Positions 57,348-64,000 of a stretch of DNA of 64,000 bases are shown piece by piece; the stretch's first letter is position 1; every line of letters starts with the position of its first letter. The translations under genes were made by a program, and so were the position numbers. Source of the stretch: Dehalococcoides sp. JdFR-56 (lineage in GTDB: Bacteria; Chloroflexota; Dehalococcoidia; Dehalococcoidales; RBG-16-60-22). A model generated the notes under the pieces. It did no database searches, was not told the DNA's origin, and saw only the letters and a program-made list of their open reading frames with translations. The stretch spans positions 15,239 through 79,238 of the forward strand of contig MTNR01000036.1 in the NCBI GenBank assembly GCA_002011495.1, read 5' to 3'.

Positions 57348-58019
57348 TCAATCTGAGTCCGGCAAAGTGCGCAGGACTTCCCTGATCTCCAGCCAGCTTA
57401 TCGCCCCCTGGCGGATGAGCTGGGGTGGGCTCACCGTCAGGTCAACGATGGTGGAGAGCTCACGCATGGCCAGCGGGCCCTGATCCAGAATAAGCGCCAC
57501 CCTCTCGGCTGCCTCCCCCAAGAGCGTCACTACCTCCTCAGCGGAATAGGGCGTTGGCTGGCCGCTGGCGTTGGCACTGGTCGCGGTCAGGGGGAGACCG
57601 GTCATGGCGGCCAAGTCCAGCATCACCCGGTTATTCGGGATCCTGATACCGATGGTATCTCCTCCGGCGACGAGCAAGAGAGGTATTATCTCCTTTTTGG
57701 GCAGCACCAGCGTCAGGGCGCCGGGGAGAAAATGGTGAGCAAGGTGTCTGGCAGCTTTGTTCAGATGGGCGTATCTCTCCGCCGCCTCCATGGAGTTCAC
57801 GGCAACGTGTATCGGGTTGGAGTAGGCACGGCCCTTTAGGTTGAAGACCTTGGCCACGGCCTTGGGGTCAAGGCCATTGGCTGTTAGGGCGTAGCCGGTG
57901 TCCGTGGGACACACGATTACCTCACCTTTGGCGATGAGACGTGCCGCCCTTTTGAGCACTCCCGCCGAAGGTTTGTCTGCCTTGACCTGCTCTATCTCAA
58001 CTGCCACCTTGCACCTCAA
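57348..58019 (-). CDS. tsaC: L-threonylcarbamoyladenylate synthase (YrdC/TsaC type)
   Basis: GEVIVCPTDTGYAL, LKGR....P, PGALTLVL, SANASGQP. TTG 58019 or GTG 58010 start, overlapping the tsaD end. Confidence 0.85.
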   Translation of the reverse strand: MRCKVAVEIEQVKADKPSAGVLKRAARLIAKGEVIVCPTDTGYALTANGLDPKAVAKVFNLKGRAYSNPIHVAVNSMEAAERYAHLNKAARHLAHHFLPGALTLVLPKKEIIPLLLVAGGDTIGIRIPNNRVMLDLAAMTGLPLTATSANASGQPTPYSAEEVVTLLGEAAERVALILDQGPLAMRELSTIVDLTVSPPQLIRQGAISWLEIREVLRTLPDSD

Positions 58020-59016
58020 GCGGAACGTTGGGAATCACATCAAGGTTGAGGTCATCGGCTCCGTCTTGTTTAAGTCTAGCATATCCTGCGGCAGCAATCA
58101 TCGCTGCGTTATCAGTGCACAGGGAAAGCTCGGGGAAGTACACCTCAATTCCCTCCCGACGGCAGCTCTCCTGGAAGGCCTCCCTCAGGCGCCGGTTGGC
58201 TGAGACGCCACCGGTAACGCTTATCGCCGTCGCCCGCCGCTCTAAAGCCGCACGCAGCGTTTTACTAACCAAGACCTCCACCACCGCCTCCTGGAAGCTG
58301 GCGGCGATGTCTTCAAGCGGTAATGCTTCGCCGCTGGCGATCTGAGATTTGAAGGCGTTGATGATGGCTGTCTTCAGGCCGCTGAAGCTGAAATCCAAGG
58401 TGCTTGCCCTCAGCAGTGGCCGGGGGAACTTAAAGGCCTTGCGGTCGCCCTGAGCCGCCAGCCGGTCAATGACCGGCCCCCCGGGAAAGCCAAGGCCGAG
58501 GAACTTGGCGATCTTGTCAAAGGCCTCACCGGCGGCATCGTCAAGGGTGGCACCGAGCAGCTCGTACCGGCAGTAATCATGCACGTAGACCAGCATGGTG
58601 TGGCCACCTGAGACGGTGAGACAAACGTGGGGCATGGCTAGCTGGGGATTGCTCAGCAGGTTGGCAAAAATGTGTCCCTCAATATGGTGCACCCCGATTA
58701 GAGGAAGCTTTAAGGCGTAGCTGAGGGATTTGGCTGCCGCCACCCCGACCAGAAGGGAGCCAATTAATCCTTGCCTAGAGGTAACGGCCACAGCCTCCAT
58801 ATCGGCCAGCGTTTTACCAGCGGCAGCAAGGGCCTCATGGAGGACGTAGCCGATAAGCTCGGTATGCCGGCGGGCGGCGATCTCCGGGACCACGCCGCCA
58901 AATCTGCGGTGCAGGTCAAGCTGGTTGGCGATGATATTGGATAAGACCTGCTTGCCGTCGGCTACCACAGCCACCGAGGTTTCATCACATGAAGTCTCAA
59001 TACCCAAAACCAGCAT
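57997..59016 (-). CDS. tsaD: tRNA N6-adenosine threonylcarbamoyltransferase
   Basis: LGIETSCDETSVA, GVHHIEGHI, VSGGHT, VTGGVSAN. Confidence 0.92.
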   Translation of the reverse strand: MLVLGIETSCDETSVAVVADGKQVLSNIIANQLDLHRRFGGVVPEIAARRHTELIGYVLHEALAAAGKTLADMEAVAVTSRQGLIGSLLVGVAAAKSLSYALKLPLIGVHHIEGHIFANLLSNPQLAMPHVCLTVSGGHTMLVYVHDYCRYELLGATLDDAAGEAFDKIAKFLGLGFPGGPVIDRLAAQGDRKAFKFPRPLLRASTLDFSFSGLKTAIINAFKSQIASGEALPLEDIAASFQEAVVEVLVSKTLRAALERRATAISVTGGVSANRRLREAFQESCRREGIEVYFPELSLCTDNAAMIAAAGYARLKQDGADDLNLDVIPNVPLEVQGGS

Positions 59017-59018
59017 GG

Positions 59019-59729
59019 CTATGCCTTGCCCTTCGCTTGAGCGTATCTATTGACCATGGCTCTAGCGGCAAATTCCCTCAAATACAGTGGCGTCAGAGAG
59101 AGAACATCATCGCTCTGGCCACGCTCCAGGCGAGCCGCCGCCAGCAGCGCCACCGCGGCTCCCCTGGGCACATCCTCCTTCATCTCAATCTCCACGTCTG
59201 GGGAACCGAGCGCTTGCTTGAGCCGCTGGCGGTAAGCCTCTACCCCAGTGCCAACCAAAATCGCAGGCTCCTTGAGTATCTGGGATAGCCCTTGGACATC
59301 ACCCACGTAGTACTCGGTTATCCGGCTGACCGTGCCGCCTTTACGTCGGTAGAGGGCGGCGTAAATGGTGTCTCCAGCGCCGGCGCTGATGACGGGGCAG
59401 ATGAGGCCACCTCTGCCTTGAGCATTATAGGCCAGCACCTCCAATGTTGGCACCCCGCAAACGGGCTTACCGGTGCCGTAGGCGAGGACTTTGCCCACCG
59501 TTACCCCGACCCTTATTCCTGTCCATGACCCCGGCCCCAGTCCCACCCCAAATCCCTGAATATCCTCTAGGGTGAGACCAGCCTTCTCCAGGGCAAAATC
59601 AATATTGGCCACGATTTTCTCCAGTGAGTCAGCCCTGGCCTCAAAGACAAGGTCAGCCAAAATTTGGTCGCCATCAATAACGCCGATGGCATTGGCGTAA
59701 CCAGAGGTATCTATACCCAGTATTTTCAT
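59019..59729 (-). CDS. tsaB: tRNA threonylcarbamoyladenosine biosynthesis protein TsaB
   Basis: MKILGIDTSG, GLGPGSWTGIRVGVTVGK. Sits between tsaE and tsaD. Confidence 0.85.
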   Translation of the reverse strand: MKILGIDTSGYANAIGVIDGDQILADLVFEARADSLEKIVANIDFALEKAGLTLEDIQGFGVGLGPGSWTGIRVGVTVGKVLAYGTGKPVCGVPTLEVLAYNAQGRGGLICPVISAGAGDTIYAALYRRKGGTVSRITEYYVGDVQGLSQILKEPAILVGTGVEAYRQRLKQALGSPDVEIEMKEDVPRGAAVALLAAARLERGQSDDVLSLTPLYLREFAARAMVNRYAQAKGKA

Positions 59730-60220
59730 GCTGCCTCTAGCTCCTCAAGCAAACGGCCAAATCTTTCCCCAAAGCCAACCAGAGTTAGCTCACGCCTCCG
59801 GGCGGAAATCACCTCAAACTTCACCTGCAGATGCTCCTCGGGCAGAAGCACCAGTGCCTTTTCCGCCCACTCCAGCAGGATCACCCCTTCACCAGCCCGG
59901 GCCAAATAGTCCAGAATCCCGATCTCAAACTCCTCGTCTATGGTGTTCAAGCGGTATAAATCAATGTGAGCCACAGGAAGTCTCCCCTGATACTCATTGA
60001 CGAAGGCAAAGGTGGGGCTGTTAACCTCCCTCTCTGGCACACCCAGCCCGGCGCAGATTCCTCGGGTAAACAGCGTTTTGCCGCAGCCCAATTCCCCGAT
60101 GAGGGCGATAACACTGCCCGCCCGTAATCTTGCGCCAATCTTTTTCCCCAGGCTGAGGGTGCTCGCCGGGCTACTGCTCAAAAATTTGTACTCTTTCCGG
60201 ATATCTGGAAAGCCTGACAT
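59726..60220 (-). CDS. tsaE: tRNA t6A biosynthesis ATPase TsaE
   Basis: IALIGELGCGKTLFTRGI P-loop, SPTFAFVNEY, HIDLYRL. Confidence 0.88.
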   Translation of the reverse strand: MSGFPDIRKEYKFLSSSPASTLSLGKKIGARLRAGSVIALIGELGCGKTLFTRGICAGLGVPEREVNSPTFAFVNEYQGRLPVAHIDLYRLNTIDEEFEIGILDYLARAGEGVILLEWAEKALVLLPEEHLQVKFEVISARRRELTLVGFGERFGRLLEELEAA

Positions 60221-60246
60221 ACTCTATGACCAGTGGGATTTTTCTC

Positions 60247-60275
60247 TTGACGGTAGTATAGCATAATGGTAATCT
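60247..60275 (+). promoter_or_regulatory. Candidate extended -10 promoter immediately upstream of guaA
   Basis: TTGACG 60247-52, a 17-nt spacer ending TGg, TAATCT 60270-75. The guaA ATG (60289) is only 13 nt after the -10 element and has no SD. Confidence 0.3.
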
Positions 60276-60288
60276 GTGTTCTATAAAG

Positions 60289-61974
60289 ATGGCTAGAAAA
60301 ACCCCAAAACAGACCCAAGCTGAGAGCCGCCGCATCGCCACCACAGGCGATATCGAGGTCTCCACTTACCTGGAGATCGCCAAGGAGATAAGCGGTGAAC
60401 AGCCAGCGGTCACCGCTGAGGCAGTCTCCGGAGCCGAACGCGAGGCGGTCGTCGTCATCGATTTTGGCTCTCAATACAGCATGCTGATCGCCCGCCGCGT
60501 GCGCGAGTGCCAGGTATACTGCGAGCTTTTGCCCCATGATGCCCCTTGGGAGAAGATAGCCGACCTCAACCCCAGGGGATTTATCCTCTCCGGAGGGCCC
60601 TCCAGCGTCTATGAACCCGGTGCCCCACTCGCCCCAGCCTATATCTACGAAAGCCATCTGCCGATACTGGGCATCTGCTACGGGATGCAGGTTATCACCA
60701 AGCAATTGGGTGGACTGGTCGCCCCGGGCGCCAAGCGCGAATATGGTCATGCCATCCTGCATTTGAGCGATCCAGATTCACCTTTATTTGCCGGTCTTCC
60801 TCCTTCCACCCCAGTATGGATGAGCCATGGTGACAAGATTGAGGAGATGCCACCCGGCTTTACCGCCCTGGCCTACACGGAGAACTCCCCCATCGCCGTC
60901 ATGGGCGATGGAGATGGCATCTTTGGTCTTCAGTTCCACCCTGAGGTGGCGCATACCCCCGAGGGAAAGACGATACTGCGCAACTTCGTCTACCGGGTAT
61001 GCGGCTGCAAGGGCAACTGGACCATGGGCAACTTCATCAATGAGAGCCTGGCCAGAATAAAGGAGCAGGTAGATGGGGGCCGGGTCATCTGCGCTCTCTC
61101 GGGCGGAGTTGATTCGGCAGTGGTGGCCACCATTATTCACCGGGCCATCGGTGACCAGCTCACCTGCATCTTTGTCAATAATGGGCTACTGCGCCGTGAG
61201 GAGGTGGAAAGAACCCTCAAGGTCTTCCAGCAGAACCTGGGGATGAACATCAGATATGTTGATGCCAGCGAAAGGTTTCTGGCTCGCTTAAAAGGGGTAA
61301 CCGACCCAGAGATGAAGCGCAAGGTGATCGGAGAGGAGTTCATCAGGGTGTTTGAAGAGGAGGCAAAGAAAGTGGGCAGGGTTGATTTCCTGGCCCAAGG
61401 GACGCTTTACCCTGATGTTATCGAGAGCACCTCCTCGGTCAGCACCGCCTCCGCCAAGATAAAAACCCATCATAATGTCGGTGGCCTCCCTGCCAGGATG
61501 ACCCTCAAGCTGCTTGAGCCGCTGCGCTATCTCTTCAAGGATGAGGTGCGCCAGGTGGGGCTGGAGTTAGGCCTTCCCGAAGAGATGGTCTGGCGCCAAC
61601 CTTTCCCTGGCCCGGGTCTGGCCATCCGCATCATCGGAGAGGTGACCAAGGAGAAGCTGGAGATTCTGCGCAGTGCTGATTTCATCGTCATGAACGAGAT
61701 CAAAAAGGCCAAGCTCTACCGTCAACTATGGCAGAGCTTCGCCATTCTCACCGATGTCAAAAGCGTTGGCGTCATGGGCGACTACCGAACCTATGGCTAT
61801 CTCATTGCTATTCGCGCCGTCACCAGTGAGGATGCCATGACCGCAGACTGGGCCCGCCTCCCCTACGAGGTCCTGGCCCGAATCTCCAGCCGCATCGTCA
61901 ATGAAGTGCCTGAGGTCAACCGCGTGGTCTATGATATCACCTCCAAACCTCCATCAACCATAGAGTGGGAGTAG
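60289..61974 (+). CDS. guaA: GMP synthase (glutamine-hydrolysing), with an N-terminal extension of about 50 aa as called
   Basis: [35 protein letters not shown], and the C-terminal PPSTIEWE. Confidence 0.9.
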   Translation: MARKTPKQTQAESRRIATTGDIEVSTYLEIAKEISGEQPAVTAEAVSGAEREAVVVIDFGSQYSMLIARRVRECQVYCELLPHDAPWEKIADLNPRGFILSGGPSSVYEPGAPLAPAYIYESHLPILGICYGMQVITKQLGGLVAPGAKREYGHAILHLSDPDSPLFAGLPPSTPVWMSHGDKIEEMPPGFTALAYTENSPIAVMGDGDGIFGLQFHPEVAHTPEGKTILRNFVYRVCGCKGNWTMGNFINESLARIKEQVDGGRVICALSGGVDSAVVATIIHRAIGDQLTCIFVNNGLLRREEVERTLKVFQQNLGMNIRYVDASERFLARLKGVTDPEMKRKVIGEEFIRVFEEEAKKVGRVDFLAQGTLYPDVIESTSSVSTASAKIKTHHNVGGLPARMTLKLLEPLRYLFKDEVRQVGLELGLPEEMVWRQPFPGPGLAIRIIGEVTKEKLEILRSADFIVMNEIKKAKLYRQLWQSFAILTDVKSVGVMGDYRTYGYLIAIRAVTSEDAMTADWARLPYEVLARISSRIVNEVPEVNRVVYDITSKPPSTIEWE

Positions 61975-62002
61975 CAAGCCACCTAGTCAGGGGGTGAGGT
62001 AG

Positions 62003-63271
62003 ATAAAAGTATTAGTCATTGGCAACGGGGCCAGGGAACATACCCTAGTCTGGAAATTGTCTCAGAGCCCCAAGGTAAAGGAGATTTACGCTGCTTCGGG
62101 CAATGCCGGCACGGCCGAGCTCGCCTCCAACCTGGAGATAAGCCCTACAGATATTGAGGCGCTGGCCAGAGCAGCTCGGGAAAATAAAATTGACCTCACT
62201 GTTGTCGGGCCGGAGGCGCCGCTGGCAGCGGGCATCGTGGACCGGTTCCAGGCTGAGGGTCTGGCCATTTTTGGGCCAAGCCGGGCAGCAGCCCAGATTG
62301 AGGCGAGCAAGGCGTTCGCCAAGGAGCTGATGCATAAATATCATATCCCCTGCGCCCGAAGCCGTAGCTTTGCTGACTACGCTCAGGCTAAGGAATATCT
62401 CCAGCAGCTATCGCCGCCGGTGGTCATCAAGGCAGATGGGCTGGCGGCAGGCAAAGGGGTAGTGGTGGCCGAGTCCATCTCGCAGGCATTGGAAACCTTA
62501 TCTAGCTTTATGGAAGCCAAGACCCTCGGGGCTGCCGGAGACAGGGTGGTGATTGAGGAGTGCTTATCCGGTAAGGAGATGAGCGCCTTTGCCTTCACCG
62601 ATGGCCACAGTGTGGTGCCGATGGTGGCCGCCTGTGATTATAAGCGGGTATATGATGGAGACCAGGGGCCCAATACCGGAGGCATGGGGAGCTACAGCCC
62701 ACCCTACTTCTTTGACCAGAAGCTAGACAGGATGGTAGTGGAGACCATCATGGAGCCAACGGTAAGGGCGCTGCGCCAGGAAGGAAGACCCTATAAAGGC
62801 GTCCTCTATGGTGGCCTGATGATTACCAATAATGGGCCAAAAGTGTTAGAATTTAATGTCCGGTTTGGTGACCCGGAAGCACAGGTGGTGCTGCCCAGGC
62901 TCAAGACGGATCTAGTGGATATCATGCTGGCAGTGGTTGATGGCGGTCTTGAGCGACTAAAGATAGAGTGGAGCCAGGATGCCTGCGTTGGCGTGGTCAT
63001 GGCCTCCGCTGGCTATCCGGGCAGCTACCGCACTGGCTTTGCTATCAGCGGGCTGGGCGAGCTGGATAAGGAGGTTTTAGTGTTTCATGCCGGCACCAAG
63101 ATAGGCCCGGCGGGGGAGATAGTGACCAGCGGGGGGAGAGTCCTTACCGTTGTCGCCACCGGCAAGACTCTCGCTGAAGCCAGGGAGAAGGTTTATCATA
63201 ATATTTCGCGCCTCCACTTTGAGGGGTGCCATTACCGCAAGGACATTGCCCAAATAAAGGAAGAGAAATAG
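62003..63271 (+). CDS. purD: Phosphoribosylamine--glycine ligase, apparently starting at ATA
   Basis: The frame upstream of the tracked TTG (62057) encodes (I)[18 protein letters not shown], the conserved PurD N-terminus. It begins at ATA 62003 directly after an in-frame TAG 62000-02, with GGGGGTGAGG upstream. Confidence 0.85.
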   Translation: MKVLVIGNGAREHTLVWKLSQSPKVKEIYAASGNAGTAELASNLEISPTDIEALARAARENKIDLTVVGPEAPLAAGIVDRFQAEGLAIFGPSRAAAQIEASKAFAKELMHKYHIPCARSRSFADYAQAKEYLQQLSPPVVIKADGLAAGKGVVVAESISQALETLSSFMEAKTLGAAGDRVVIEECLSGKEMSAFAFTDGHSVVPMVAACDYKRVYDGDQGPNTGGMGSYSPPYFFDQKLDRMVVETIMEPTVRALRQEGRPYKGVLYGGLMITNNGPKVLEFNVRFGDPEAQVVLPRLKTDLVDIMLAVVDGGLERLKIEWSQDACVGVVMASAGYPGSYRTGFAISGLGELDKEVLVFHAGTKIGPAGEIVTSGGRVLTVVATGKTLAEAREKVYHNISRLHFEGCHYRKDIAQIKEEK

Positions 63272-63284
63272 CGAGGTAGATAGT

Positions 63285-63740
63285 ATGCCACTGGTCGGTG
63301 TAGTCATGGGTTCCAAGTCAGATACCGAGGCCCTCCAGCCAGCGCTGGAGATACTGGCTCAGCTCGGCATTGACTATGAGGTCAATGTTATCTCGGCCCA
63401 CCGCACCCCGGAAAAGGCCAGGGAGTACGGGTTGGCGGCGCGGGAGCGTGGGCTTGAGGTTATCATCGCCGCGGCAGGGGGAGCGGCGCATCTACCCGGC
63501 GTCCTGGCGAGCTGGACCACCCTACCCGTCATTGGGGTGCCCCTGGCCTCCAGCGAGCTTAAGGGCGTTGACGCCCTCTACGCTATCGTCCAGATGCCGG
63601 CTGGGATACCAGTCGCCACTGTGGCCATCGGCACGGCGGGGGCGAGGAACGCAGCCTACCTCGCCGCCGAGATTCTGGGCCTAAAATACGACCATATCCG
63701 AGAAGCGTATGAAAAATACCGGCGCGATTTGCAAAAATAG
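63285..63740 (+). CDS. purE: N5-carboxyaminoimidazole ribonucleotide mutase
   Basis: [31 protein letters not shown]. Confidence 0.9.
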   Translation: MPLVGVVMGSKSDTEALQPALEILAQLGIDYEVNVISAHRTPEKAREYGLAARERGLEVIIAAAGGAAHLPGVLASWTTLPVIGVPLASSELKGVDALYAIVQMPAGIPVATVAIGTAGARNAAYLAAEILGLKYDHIREAYEKYRRDLQK

Positions 63741-63786
63741 CGCTTTTTAAGAGCGTCTCTCACAAGTACGTGGCAGGAGAGCACAG

Positions 63787-64000
63787 ATGATTGAGCGGTA
63801 TTCCCGTCCCCAGATGAAAAGAGTATGGTCAGACGAGAACAAGTTCAACAAATGGCTTGAAGTGGAGATCGCGGTCTGCGATGCCTGGGCGGAGATAGGC
63901 GTGATTCCCCGAGAGGCCGTCCCCAAGATAAAGCTGGCCAAATGCAACTTCAAGCGCATGGAGGAGATCTTAAAGGAAACTCACCATGACATGACCGCTT
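63787..64000 (+). CDS. purB: Adenylosuccinate lyase, N-terminal fragment (runs off the window)
   Basis: ATG 63787 opens MIERYSRPQMKRVWSDENKFNKWLEVEIAVCDAW..GVIP, the typical PurB N-terminus. No stop before position 64000. Confidence 0.8.
   Translation, partial: MIERYSRPQMKRVWSDENKFNKWLEVEIAVCDAWAEIGVIPREAVPKIKLAKCNFKRMEEILKETHHDMTA

Noticed and set aside
60178-60762. A 194-aa minus-strand ORF covering the tsaE start, the intergenic region and the guaA 5' end
   Set aside because: It lies antisense to the conserved GuaA GATase region and runs through the divergent promoter region. It has no motif. It is relevant only as a caution about the guaA N-terminal extension.
61994-62005. purD starting at GTG 61994 with read-through of the TAG at 62000
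   Set aside because: This would require stop-codon recoding (for example pyrrolysine), for which the window gives no evidence. An ATA start or a base-call error is far simpler.

Overview
The window is bacterial chromosome. The core genes look roughly 50-63% GC, judged from a few hand-counted 60-nt lines. I see no rRNA, CRISPR array, transposase, integrase or phage genes. Gene content and order fit an anaerobic Chloroflexota/Dehalococcoidia-like organism, but that is inference only. The supporting points are lysine synthesis via dapL-dapF, an ilvD-ilvB-ilvN-ilvC-leuA-leuCD-leuB-cimA order, and archaeal-type iPGM, ThyA and DUF1616.

Layout:
- 1-20437: a glycan/glycolipid assembly island of about 20 kb. 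It holds 18 head-to-tail minus-strand genes: 7 GT4, a Dpm1-like GT2, 3 methyltransferases, a CDP-alcohol phosphatidyltransferase-like protein, a dehydratase/aminotransferase/deacetylase/FemAB-like amino-sugar module and one orphan 473-aa protein. A converging flippase, a DUF1616 protein and a GDP-mannose-pyrophosphorylase-like gene complete it. Its left part has lower GC.
- 20511-23144: a DUF134 / DUF364 / DUF5320 / NifX-like / methyltransferase cluster behind a promoter overlapped by a 32-bp palindrome.
- 23220-25732: tRNA(CAU) and two DAO-family flavoproteins.
- 25733-26815: an AT-rich islet with one orphan membrane protein.
- 26816-36241: housekeeping genes hflX-dapL-dapF-miaA-tpiA-apgM-pgk-dxs.
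- 36363-38777: dedA, tRNA-Arg(UCU) and a TPP enzyme.
- 38803-43589: a tight six-gene operon joining three unknown proteins, a methanogen-type ThyA homologue, ogt and alkA.
- 43695-44856: a SagB-like nitroreductase and a VOC protein.
- 44874-57212: a 12-gene ilv/leu/cimA operon interrupted by an alkyltransferase-like (ATL-like) gene, an MgtC-like gene and a second ACT-only ilvN paralog.
- 57348-60220: a complete tsaE-tsaB-tsaD-tsaC operon.
- 60289-64000: guaA-purD-purE-purB(partial).

The best candidates for something undescribed are the glycan island (its enzyme set resembles a phospholipid-anchored mannoside pathway), the DUF134-controlled metal-cofactor-like cluster, and the ThyA-like/unknown/ogt/alkA operon. 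All functional calls come from motif recognition by eye. No database search was possible.
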